In this document: positions 55,343 through 64,000 of the stretch, piece after piece | Numbering within the stretch: position 1 is the stretch's first letter | Layout of the letters: the number at the start of each line of letters is the position of its first letter | DNA from: an uncultured bacterium | GTDB lineage: Bacteria; Krumholzibacteriota; Krumholzibacteriia; LZORAL124-64-63 | Length of the DNA: 64,000 nt | Assembly: GCA_963727525.1 (NCBI GenBank) | Contig: CAVSGO010000007.1 | Coordinates: 2,080,001-2,144,000 of the forward strand | Direction of reading: 5' to 3' | Made by a program: the position numbers and the translations under genes | The notes under the pieces: model-generated | Database searches by the model: none | What the model saw: only the letters and a program-made list of their open reading frames with translations | Told to the model about the DNA's origin: nothing

Positions 55343-58300
55343 ATGCCCCGCCGTTCCAGCACCCGTGCGCCGATCCTGCGCGGGACGCTCGCCATCCTGT
55401 TCTGCGTGTTCGCGACCGCGAACGGTCGCGCCACCGTCACCGGCGCCTGGATCGCGGAGGGTGACCAGGTCGACGCGAACTTCGGCAAGGTCGTCGGCAC
55501 GGCCGGCGACGTGAACGGCGACGGCTACTCGGACGCCATCGTCGGCGCGCCCGGCGCCGGCGGCGGCCTGGGTGCGATCTACGTGTTCCACGGCGGTCCG
55601 GTAGGACTGGGCGCCGACCCCGACTGGACGCTGACGGGCAACGGCGACGGCATCGGCGGCTCGGCCGCCACGGCCGGGGACGTGAACGGCGACGGGTACG
55701 ACGACCTGCTCGTCGGCGCCGGTCTCTACAGCGACGGCGAGCAGTTCGAGGGGCGCGTGTCCCTGTACCTGGGGGGAGCCGACGGCCTGCAGTCGACGCC
55801 GGTGTGGTCCGTGGAATCGAACGGGGTGCTTGCCCGCCTGAGTGTCGTGGCGTCGGCCGGAGACTTCGATGGCGACGGGTACGGCGACGTCCTCGTCGGC
55901 GCGCCCGGCTGGAACTCGGAGGCGGGCAAGATCTGGCTCTACGGCGGCGACCCGAGCGGGGTCCCGCACGAGATCCTGTCCCTCGAGGGTTCTCCCGGCG
56001 ACAACTTCGGGTCCGCGTTCGCCGCCGGCGACGCCAACGCCGACGGCTACGACGACGTGCTGATCGGTGCGCCGACCGCGGGCTACGTCCGTTTCGTCTT
56101 CGGCTACGACCAGGGCCCCGTCACCTCCGGCACGCTGCTGGGTCCGAACGGATCGACCGGGAAGTTCGGGCGATCGGTGACCACAGCCGGCGACGTCGAC
56201 CTCGACGGCTACTGCGACTTCGTGGTCGGCGCACCCCAGGACAGCGTCGGCACCGGCTGGCAGGAAGGCGTGATCTACCTCTACCGCGGCAGCGCCACGG
56301 CCTGGTTCGGCAACGCGCCCGCCTGGTCGTACGACTCCAACGTGGCCGGCGCCCAGCTCGGCTTCACGGCGGCCTGCGCCGGCGACGTGAACGGCGACGG
56401 GCGTCCCGACCTCGCCGTCGGTGCTCCCTTCCTCGCCAACGGCAACGTCTTCGAGGGCCGCGGCTACCTCCTCTACGGCAACGCGACCGCTTACGACACG
56501 GGGTCCCTGGCCTGGGTCGCGGAGGGCGACCAGGACCACGCGACGTTCGCCCTGGCGATCGGCACGCCCGGCGACGTGAACGGCGACGGGTTCTCCGACC
56601 TGATCGCCGCGGCGCCGGGATTCGACGACCCGGATTCCGACGAGGGGCGCGTCGCCGTCTGGCACGGCGGCGCCGACATGCCCACGTACCACTCGGCGGA
56701 CACCGAGGGGAATCAGGAGCTGGCCGAGTACGGTTCCGCGCTCGCCCTGGGCGACTTCAACGGCGACGGCTACGACGAATACGTGGTCGCGACCGGTCAA
56801 TACCAGCTTGGGTCGCCGCCCCAGGCGTCCGGCGCGGTCTGGATCTACCCGGGTCGGCCTGGACTCGCGTCGACCGTGCCGTCGATGATGCTCACCCTGA
56901 TCAACGGCGCGAACCACTTCGGCGCCGACGTGGCCGGCGTCCACGACGTCGGCGGAGACGGCTACGACGACCTGCTGGTCGGGGCGCCCGGCACGGGCGG
57001 CGGCCAGGGCGCCGCCCACCTCTTCCGCGGCAGCGCCGCCGGCATCGCCCCGCCCCCCGTCTGGACCGCGACCGCTCCGGAGGGCGGCGAGTTCGGCCAC
57101 GCGGTCGCCTCGGCCGGCGACGTCAACGGCGACGGCTATCCGGACGCCCTCGTCGGGGCGCCGTACGTCGATCAGAGCGACCTCGACGAAGGCGCGGCCT
57201 ACCTGTACCTCGGCGGACCCAGCGGCCTTTCCGGTACGGCCGCCTGGACGGCGCACGGTGACGCGGGCGGGGCGCTCTTCGGCTGGGACGTGGCCGCAGT
57301 CGGCGACGTCAACGGCGACGGCTACGGCGAGATCGCGATCGGCGCGCCGGGCTTCCTGGTCGGCACGGGGACGGGCCGGGTCTACGTCTACTTCGGCGGC
57401 CCTGGGGGCATCGCCGATATCGAACCTTGGATCTGTAGCGAGACCAGCGGGTCCAGCGAGACCGGATTCGCCGTGGCCGGAGGCGACTTCGACGGGAACG
57501 GATTCTCCGACATCGTGGTCGGATCCCCGGGCTGGCAACAGGGTGGGATGGGCCAGGGTCGGGTCGCGGTGTACCTCAGCGACGGGGTCTCCCTCGCCGC
57601 CACGCCCGCCTGGTTCCGGATCGGGCCCCAGTCCGGCGGTCGGCTCGGCCACGCCGTGGCGGCGGCCGACCTCGACCTCGACGGCGTCGACGAGGTCGTG
57701 GCAAGCCAGCCGTACGTCTGGGACGGTCAGGAAGAGGAGGGCCAGGTGCTGGTGATCCGCCCGGCGACGGGCGAACTCGTCTGGGCGGCCGACGGGAACG
57801 CGCCGCTGGCCTGGCACGGCCTCGCGGTCGCCACCCGCGGCGACGTGAACGGCGATGGCTTCCCCGACATCCTGACCGGTGCGCCCGGCCAGGAAGACCC
57901 CCTGGTACACGAGGGTCTGGCGCATCTCTGGCTCGGCAACGGCGGCTTCCTGTATCGCTTCTTCGACATCATCCCCGGCGCCGACCGCCGCGTGCGGCTG
58001 CGGACGGCCGACGACGCGCGGGCCATCGGGCTTCTGGGCGGCGTCGACGCCGGTCAGGTCCTGGTCGCGGCGAACGGCCGCACGCCGATGGGCCGCGCGG
58101 ACGTCTCGCTCGAACTGGAGGTCAAGCCGGCCGGTGTGCCCTTCGACGGCAGCGCGACGGTCGTCACCCCGTTCTCAGACACCGGTTTGCCGACCGCGGG
58201 GGGCGGCAGCTTCGCCGAGCTGGCAGCCACAGCCTCGGCGCTGATTCCGCAGGAACGCTACCGCTGGCGCGCCCGCCTGCGCACGACCGACCCGCTGGCC

Positions 58301-58690
58301 AAGCGGTCGCCGTGGTTCACCGATCCCGGCAACAATGTCAGCGAGTTCGATTTCCGGACCGCGCTCGATCCGACCGCGGTCGACGACGGGACGAGCGTCG
58401 GCGTGAGCCCCTCGCTCGTGGTCTCGTTCGCCGCGCGCCCGACCCCGTTCTCCGATGCCAATACCATGCAGTTCGACCTGGCGCGCGCCGGCCGGATCCG
58501 GGTGGCGATCTACGACCTCGCCGGCCGCCGGCTCGCGGTGCTGGCCGACGGCTACCGCGAGGCCGGCACCCACCAGGTCCGGTGGCGAGGGACCGAGGAC
58601 TCCGGTCGGCGGGTCGCCTCCGGGGTCTACTTCGGGGTGATCGAGTCGGACCGGGAGCGGCACGTCCGGCGGCTCGTGGTGGCGCGGTGA
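55343..58690 (+). CDS. Secreted FG-GAP (integrin-alpha-like) repeat protein with C-terminal FlgD-Ig/T9SS-CTD-like domain
   Basis: 14 GDxNGDGxxD..GAP repeats; tail PTPFS..VAIYDLAGRRLAVL..WRGTEDSGRRVASGVYF..RLVVAR. Confidence 0.9.
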   Translation: MPRRSSTRAPILRGTLAILFCVFATANGRATVTGAWIAEGDQVDANFGKVVGTAGDVNGDGYSDAIVGAPGAGGGLGAIYVFHGGPVGLGADPDWTLTGNGDGIGGSAATAGDVNGDGYDDLLVGAGLYSDGEQFEGRVSLYLGGADGLQSTPVWSVESNGVLARLSVVASAGDFDGDGYGDVLVGAPGWNSEAGKIWLYGGDPSGVPHEILSLEGSPGDNFGSAFAAGDANADGYDDVLIGAPTAGYVRFVFGYDQGPVTSGTLLGPNGSTGKFGRSVTTAGDVDLDGYCDFVVGAPQDSVGTGWQEGVIYLYRGSATAWFGNAPAWSYDSNVAGAQLGFTAACAGDVNGDGRPDLAVGAPFLANGNVFEGRGYLLYGNATAYDTGSLAWVAEGDQDHATFALAIGTPGDVNGDGFSDLIAAAPGFDDPDSDEGRVAVWHGGADMPTYHSADTEGNQELAEYGSALALGDFNGDGYDEYVVATGQYQLGSPPQASGAVWIYPGRPGLASTVPSMMLTLINGANHFGADVAGVHDVGGDGYDDLLVGAPGTGGGQGAAHLFRGSAAGIAPPPVWTATAPEGGEFGHAVASAGDVNGDGYPDALVGAPYVDQSDLDEGAAYLYLGGPSGLSGTAAWTAHGDAGGALFGWDVAAVGDVNGDGYGEIAIGAPGFLVGTGTGRVYVYFGGPGGIADIEPWICSETSGSSETGFAVAGGDFDGNGFSDIVVGSPGWQQGGMGQGRVAVYLSDGVSLAATPAWFRIGPQSGGRLGHAVAAADLDLDGVDEVVASQPYVWDGQEEEGQVLVIRPATGELVWAADGNAPLAWHGLAVATRGDVNGDGFPDILTGAPGQEDPLVHEGLAHLWLGNGGFLYRFFDIIPGADRRVRLRTADDARAIGLLGGVDAGQVLVAANGRTPMGRADVSLELEVKPAGVPFDGSATVVTPFSDTGLPTAGGGSFAELAATASALIPQERYRWRARLRTTDPLAKRSPWFTDPGNNVSEFDFRTALDPTAVDDGTSVGVSPSLVVSFAARPTPFSDANTMQFDLARAGRIRVAIYDLAGRRLAVLADGYREAGTHQVRWRGTEDSGRRVASGVYFGVIESDRERHVRRLVVAR

Positions 58691-58738
58691 GCGCACGCCG
58701 CGTCCGGTGAACCTCGCGAGGTCCCGGGTCGCCCGGCG

Positions 58739-61459
58739 TCAGCCCCCCAGGCGCGACAGGGCGGCGCGGGCTTCGATCAGTCTCGGTTCGTCGGGCGGCA
58801 GGTCCGCGGCATAGGCCGCGACGGCGGATTCGAGCAGCGCCCGCGCGGTCTCGCGGTCGCCGGTGCCCGCGAGGACGAGCCCCAGTTCACGGCCCGCATC
58901 GGCGATGTCCACGGCGGTCGCCCCGGGATCCTGCCGGCGTCGCGCGAGCGCCTCGCGCAGCACCGGCGCGGCTGCCGCGAGGTCGCCGCCGAGACGCAGG
59001 GCGCGCCCCGCATTGACCAGATCCTTCGGGCCGAGCGGATCGCGAGCCGCGCCGCACCGATGGCGGCGGGCGAGCAGGTGCCGGTAGTGCGCATTGGCCT
59101 CGGCGAGCCGACCCGCCCGCAGGAACGAGCCGGCGATGTTGTTCTCCACGGTCAGCAGGGTCGGATGGTCGTCGGGCAGCAGGTGCTCGAAGATCTCCAG
59201 CGCCGTCGCGAAATCGGAGGCCGCGCGTTCGTAGTCGCCCCGGCGGTAGGCGACGAGGGCGAGTTCGTTCCGGGCCATCGCCGTGTCGACGTGCTCGTCC
59301 TGATAAAACCGCTGGTACATGGCGATGGCCTCGCCGAAGTACGCCTCGGCCTCGTCCAGGCGGTCGAGTTTCAGCAGGAGGCGCCCGTACTCGCGCAGCG
59401 TGCCGGCCAGCAGAGGATGACCGTCGGGAAAGAGAAGGCGGCGGCGCCCGATGGCCTCGCGGTAGAGCGCCTCGGCCTCCTCGGGGCGGCCGAGTTGCGA
59501 CACCGCGAACGCGAGATTGTGCAGGCTGGTCGCGATCGCAGAATGATCGGGCGCGAGATGCCGTCGGCGAATCGCCAGCGCCTCGCGCAAGAGCGGCTCG
59601 GCCTCCTCGCCGCGCCGGTCCTCGGCAAGCAGCGCGCCGAGGTTGTCGAGTCCGGTGGCGACCTCAGGGTCGTCGTCGCCGAACAGGCGACGGCACATGG
59701 CGAGACTGCGGCGGTAGGAAGCCTCGGCTGCGGTGTGGTCGCCAAGCCTCGACTGCAGGACACCGAGGTCGTTGTAGAGGTCGACCAGCTCCTTGCTGTC
59801 CCGGTTCCCGTCGCGCTCGAAGCGGGCCAGGGCCTCGCTGAGCAACGAGTCGGCGCGCGGATAGGCCGCCGCCCTGACCGCGAGCGAGCCCAGCTCGTAG
59901 AGCGCCGAGCGCACCTCCGGGGCGTCCTCGCCGCGCAGCCCGCGCTGCAGGGCAAGCGAGCGCTCGAGGAGCGGGCGGGCCTCGTCGTAGTCGCCGAGCG
60001 CTTCGTGGAGGTTGCCGAGCAGCGTGTAGATGTCGGCGCGGGTGGCTGGATCCTGCGCGAACTCGCGGTCGATCCGTTCGCGGCCTTGCCGGAGCAGGTC
60101 CGTGACGGAAGGTTCGGTGCCCGGCGCGGCGTCCGGGTCGGCCGCCTCGAACAGGCCCAGGAGGAACGTCTTGACCTCGTTCGCCCGCGCCGCCTCGCGC
60201 GCGGCGACGCGGGCCTGCCACGCGGTGCCGACGAGGCCAGACAGCAGCGCGAGCGTCACCGCTGTGGTCGCCGCGAGCTCCAGCCGGTGGCGGCGGAGAT
60301 ACTTGCGCAGCCGATAGCCGGACGAGGCCGGCCGCGCGGTCACCGGTCGACCGCGACGGAAGCGGTCGAGGTCGTTGCGCAGGTCCGCGGCCGTGGCGTA
60401 GCGCAGGTCGGGCTCCTCGCGCAACGCGCGGGCTACGATCGTCGCGAGGTCTCCGCGCAGCTGGCGCCGCAGGGCGCGAGGGTTCGTGCGCCGCGCGGAG
60501 GCCGTCGCGGTCGTGACCACCTGTGACATCGGACGCAGCGTGCGGTCCGGCACCCCCCCCGCGCGCGCGGTCTGCGGCGCGCGAAACGGATGCTGGCCCG
60601 CCAGCAGCTCGTAGAGAATGATGCCGAGCGCGTAAACGTCGGTCGCCGTCGTCACCGGCTCGCCCCGCAGCTGCTCCGGAGCGGCGTAGGCCGGTGTGAG
60701 CAGGCGCACCTCCGCGGCGGTGACCAGCGAACGGTCGTCGTCGGCATCGGTCAGGAGCTTGGCGATCCCGAAGTCGAGCAGCGTCACCCGGCCGGCCTCG
60801 GTCACCAGGATGTTGGCCGGCTTCAGGTCGCGATGCACCACGAGATGATGTTGCGCGAATGTCGCCGCGTCGCACACCTGGTCGAACAGCGCGAGGCGCG
60901 CGCGCAGCGACAGGCGACGACGATCGGCGAAGGTCGTCAGCGGCTCGCCGTCCACGAATTCCATCACGAAGTACGGCCGCCCGTCCTCGGTGGCGCCGCC
61001 GTCGATCAGTCGCGCGATCCCGGGGTGCTCGAGACGGGCCAGGATCTGACGTTCGCGCAGGAACCGGCGCAGGATCTCGTCGGTGTCCATGCCCCGCTTG
61101 AGGACTTTGACGGCCACCGTCTGCCGGAACTCGCCGTCGTCGCGCTCGCCCAGGTAGACGGTGCCCATGCCGCCGCGTCCGAGCTCGCGCAGGATCCGGT
61201 AGCGCCCCACGCGTCGCGGCGGCGGGGATGGTGGATCGAGACCCGCGAGCGGCTCGAGGTCGCGCCCGGCGACGCCGGCGTCCAGGGGACCGACCGGGGC
61301 CGAATCGGCGCGTAGCAGACGCTGGAGATGAGGCTCGAGCTGCGGATCGGCGGCCACGAGGCGGGCCTGCAAGGACGGACGGTCGGCCGCAGGAGCGTCG
61401 AACAGGGCGTCGAGCGCCGCGTCGATACGGACCCACAGGTCGCGGGCGGGCGGGGTCAT
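58739..61459 (-). CDS. Hanks-type Ser/Thr kinase with TM segment and C-terminal TPR repeats
   Basis: LGRGGMGTVY, VAVK, HRDLKPANIL, DFG, YAAPE, DVYALG; ATG overlaps the sigma stop. Confidence 0.94.
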   Translation of the reverse strand: MTPPARDLWVRIDAALDALFDAPAADRPSLQARLVAADPQLEPHLQRLLRADSAPVGPLDAGVAGRDLEPLAGLDPPSPPPRRVGRYRILRELGRGGMGTVYLGERDDGEFRQTVAVKVLKRGMDTDEILRRFLRERQILARLEHPGIARLIDGGATEDGRPYFVMEFVDGEPLTTFADRRRLSLRARLALFDQVCDAATFAQHHLVVHRDLKPANILVTEAGRVTLLDFGIAKLLTDADDDRSLVTAAEVRLLTPAYAAPEQLRGEPVTTATDVYALGIILYELLAGQHPFRAPQTARAGGVPDRTLRPMSQVVTTATASARRTNPRALRRQLRGDLATIVARALREEPDLRYATAADLRNDLDRFRRGRPVTARPASSGYRLRKYLRRHRLELAATTAVTLALLSGLVGTAWQARVAAREAARANEVKTFLLGLFEAADPDAAPGTEPSVTDLLRQGRERIDREFAQDPATRADIYTLLGNLHEALGDYDEARPLLERSLALQRGLRGEDAPEVRSALYELGSLAVRAAAYPRADSLLSEALARFERDGNRDSKELVDLYNDLGVLQSRLGDHTAAEASYRRSLAMCRRLFGDDDPEVATGLDNLGALLAEDRRGEEAEPLLREALAIRRRHLAPDHSAIATSLHNLAFAVSQLGRPEEAEALYREAIGRRRLLFPDGHPLLAGTLREYGRLLLKLDRLDEAEAYFGEAIAMYQRFYQDEHVDTAMARNELALVAYRRGDYERAASDFATALEIFEHLLPDDHPTLLTVENNIAGSFLRAGRLAEANAHYRHLLARRHRCGAARDPLGPKDLVNAGRALRLGGDLAAAAPVLREALARRRQDPGATAVDIADAGRELGLVLAGTGDRETARALLESAVAAYAADLPPDEPRLIEARAALSRLGG

Positions 61460-62028
61460 GGCCGGTCCTCGCCGGCCAGCGCGGCGTGGAGATAGGCGCG
61501 CGCCTTGCGCCAGTCGCGCTGGACCGTGCGGTCGGTCACGCCCAGCAGCTCGGCGACCTCGTCGCAGGTGCGGCCGGCAAAGAACCGCAGGGTGACGACC
61601 TCGGCAAGGCGCGGGTCGAGCGTCTGCAGTCCATCCAGCGCGGCGTCGAGCTCGACGATCTCCGCGGCGCGCGCGGCGACCGCGATCGTCCCCTCGTCCA
61701 GCAGCTCGTGTCGGGCGCCGCCACCGCGCTTCTGCGCAAGGCGGGCGCGGGCGTGGTCGACCACGACCTGCCGCATGGCGCGGGCGGCGAGCCGCAGGAA
61801 GTGGGCGCGGTCGGCGAGGCTGGGCGTGGCGTGTCCGAGAAACTTCAGGTAGACCTCGTGCACGACGGCCGTGGCGTTGAGGGTGGGTGTGTCCGCGGCG
61901 TCCGCGATCTGGAACCGCGCCAGGCGTCGCAGCTCGTCGTAGAGCAGGGCGAAGACCGCGTCGAGCGCACCCGGGTCGCCGTCGCGCGCGGCGGCGAGCA
62001 GGGTCGTGACCTCGCGGTGCGCATCCAT
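61456..62028 (-). CDS. ECF sigma factor (TIGR02999/ECF43-like, kinase-associated)
   Basis: EVTTLL..ARDGD, LYDELRRLA, TLNATAVVHEVYL, AMRQVVVDHAR..KRGG, LRFFAG, TVQRDWRKARA. Confidence 0.93.
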   Translation of the reverse strand: MDAHREVTTLLAAARDGDPGALDAVFALLYDELRRLARFQIADAADTPTLNATAVVHEVYLKFLGHATPSLADRAHFLRLAARAMRQVVVDHARARLAQKRGGGARHELLDEGTIAVAARAAEIVELDAALDGLQTLDPRLAEVVTLRFFAGRTCDEVAELLGVTDRTVQRDWRKARAYLHAALAGEDRP

Positions 62029-62500
62029 GGCCGCCCTCCCGATGTTCGGACAATGACAATGTAGCGGGTCGGGCGAACGCCCGGCATGCTCGGCGCGGTA
62101 CTTCCGGGGATAGACAAACAAACCACGTATTCGCAACCCTTCTCTTCCATTACCCCGGATCGCTGGTTCGATTCTACCCCATGTTCGCCGTGCGATCGCG
62201 CGAGAATTCCCCGTCAACCTCACGACACGCCCCCCACGACCAGCGCGTTGCGTCGTTCGGCGATGCGGACCGCGTGATTTCGCACCCGCCGCGCAGACCG
62301 GGCCTGCGAGCCGGCTGTCCGGCCTCGCCGCTGCATGCTTGCGGGCCGCGATGGCGCAGCAGGTCGCGGACATACGCGAGGTTGTCGTCGTTGAGATGGG
62401 AAGCGTGGTGGAAGACTACGGCTTCGGCGTCGTCCTTGTCGGGGCTGATCACCTCTGAGTGCCAGCCCCGGACTCGTTCTCGTTCCCTTCCTGCAATGTC

Positions 62501-63643
62501 CTAGAACCGATAACTCGCCGCCAGCCCCGTCGTTGACGGCATCCGCTCCGACGGCACCACGACTACCGTGCCGCCCTTGTCCAGTACCAGTTCAGCCAGG
62601 TCGTCCAGCATGTCATCGACTTCCGGGGACTGCAAGTCGCCGGTACGGACGGCGCCTGTGGTTCCGTCGATCACGCCCGGAATGACACGGTCGGCCTCGA
62701 GCAAGAGCGTCTCCACTCGGCCGGCGACCGCCGCCTGGGCAACATCCAATAGGTCAGCCGAGCCGCTCTGCCTCGCCGCCGCGGTCCGGTAGCTCTCCCC
62801 GAGTTCGTCCAGCCGCGCCAGATAGTGCGGCTCCAGAACACTCCACGCCTGCTGCCGCAGGCTGTCATCCGACAGCGGCCGCGGATTGCCGTTGGTCCCG
62901 TCGGGCAGCAACAGCTTGTTCTGTGAAACGCGCCGGAAAAGCGCCTGGTGCTCGGGAAGCGCCGCGAGCATGACGGGCAGCCCCGACGGCCCGGAGAATT
63001 GCGCCGTGAACGCACGATCCACGGCCCGGAAGTATTTCTCGGTTTCGAGGTCATCCCGGCTTTCGCCATGCCCGTGCATGATCTTGGGGCTACCGACCCC
63101 ACCGCTCGAGCCGGCTACCGAAACTCGGGCTTCGGTCCGTTCGGCTATCGCCACCTGTTCCATGCGCGAGGGGAACGCGTCGGTCACCGGTTCCTCGTCC
63201 AGCGCGTAACGGTTACCGGCGAATACCACAGCGCTGTCCCTGGTCAGCGCCAGCACCTGGAAACGGTCTGCCGACTGCAAATACCGCACCAGCGGCTTGA
63301 TGTGAAAGCTGTTGGCGACAATCGCCAGTTCCGGAAATGTTCGCTGGACCTGGATGATCTCCAGTACGTCGGAACTGAGCAGGACCGCCAGACCGTCGCG
63401 CGTATGATTCCAGAAGCTCAGGTTCGTGGCCAGCTCCCGGAGCGGATCCAGTCGCTTTTCGACGTCCCGCAGCTCGGGGTGCAGTCGCAGCGACTCCTCG
63501 ACTGTCCGTATCAGGTTCCTGAACCGGACTGGATCCTGCTGGTTCTGGGGATGATGTCGGTGCGTCGGCTGGTAGATCGAAATGCACGGTGGGTCATGGA
63601 CTGCCATCAAAGAAGACAATTTGGCCGCAGTCAGTTGATACAC
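62501..63643 (-). CDS. Bacterial archaeo-eukaryotic release factor-like protein (baeRF3 family)
   Basis: PCISIYQPTHRHHP..QDPVRFRNL, FWNHTRDGLAV, SFHIKPL, YFRAVD, GRVETL, DDMLDDLAE..KGG, TGLAASYRF; GTG after GAAGGAG. Confidence 0.82.
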   Translation of the reverse strand: MYQLTAAKLSSLMAVHDPPCISIYQPTHRHHPQNQQDPVRFRNLIRTVEESLRLHPELRDVEKRLDPLRELATNLSFWNHTRDGLAVLLSSDVLEIIQVQRTFPELAIVANSFHIKPLVRYLQSADRFQVLALTRDSAVVFAGNRYALDEEPVTDAFPSRMEQVAIAERTEARVSVAGSSGGVGSPKIMHGHGESRDDLETEKYFRAVDRAFTAQFSGPSGLPVMLAALPEHQALFRRVSQNKLLLPDGTNGNPRPLSDDSLRQQAWSVLEPHYLARLDELGESYRTAAARQSGSADLLDVAQAAVAGRVETLLLEADRVIPGVIDGTTGAVRTGDLQSPEVDDMLDDLAELVLDKGGTVVVVPSERMPSTTGLAASYRF

Positions 63644-64000
63644 GGGAACTCCTTCGGGCTGGCGCCCTGAAATGCTTTCGGGCTCTACCACATTGTAAGC
63701 CAAGCATTTGCCGTCCGCTCTCGAAGTTCGTCCACTATCACCATGGTGCTTTTCGCCGACATTCCCGAAAGCCGCACGACGGTCACCGACGGCGTATTCA
63801 GCCCCGGCAGTGATGGCGAAACGATTTTCCAGGGTAGAGGTTCTCCGCCCCGATCAGCCCCCGAGAACCTCGCGGTTTCGCGGGTGAGACGCTCGAGACG
63901 CCGCGATGGATGGCATCGATGCCGGGATTTCGCGCCCACCGCGCGGACTTCTCCGTCCGGCCTGCCGCCTGGCCTCGGATCAGCGCAGACGGAGCTAGTG

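Noticed and set aside
55500-57900. Recurring GGCGACGTGAACGGCGACGG DNA repeats as a possible CRISPR or tandem array
   Set aside because: They are codons for FG-GAP repeats within one ORF, degenerate at third positions and irregularly spaced.
58739-62059. 1106-aa ORF suggesting a sigma-kinase fusion
   Set aside because: The sigma is in a different frame; the kinase starts at 61459, overlapping the sigma stop.
62174-62452. Minus-strand ORF MISPDKDDAEAVVFHHASHLNDDNLAYVRDLLRHRG
   Set aside because: The first 35 aa look protein-like and may be a gene remnant, but I cannot assign a family or support a start.
63685-64000. Short ORFs at the right edge of the window
   Set aside because: No recognisable motifs or codon bias; context is truncated.

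Overview
This is a high-GC (roughly 70%) bacterial window with no rRNA, tRNA or CRISPR array detected. Secreted proteins ending in a WGxxK tail or a FlgD-Ig tail suggest an FCB-group lineage such as Krumholzibacteriota/Latescibacterota (inference). The left third holds hflK (partial), sodB, tcdA and tatD, then a respiratory cluster: iscA-like gene, alternative complex III (actABCDEFG), sco and an A2-type caa3 oxidase. Heme O/A synthases (ctaB/ctaA) lie about 10 kb further on. The middle holds a small decayed mobile island around a Fic gene, a pentaheme cytochrome plus Cyc2-like cytochrome-porin operon, asnS and an AttEFGH-like ABC/lipocalin operon. The right part holds a lone RND pump, a GT-C glycosyltransferase, a nitrilase, an aminotransferase, marR-dinB, a 14-repeat FG-GAP protein, an ECF sigma/Ser-Thr kinase pair and a baeRF3 gene. 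The best candidates for something new are: (1) a shared C-terminal motif of about 16 aa (..E-x-x-[STD]-W-G-[ST]-[VI]-K-x-[LM]-[FY]-[QR]-stop) on three unrelated secreted proteins, which looks like a protein-sorting signal; (2) the Cyc2-like porin/pentaheme conduit in the same window as ACIII-caa3; (3) CarH/LitR-like TGTCnA repeat arrays over two divergent promoters. Frameshifts in coxA and an ABC permease suggest indel-type sequencing errors. All calls come from motif recognition by eye; no database searches were run.
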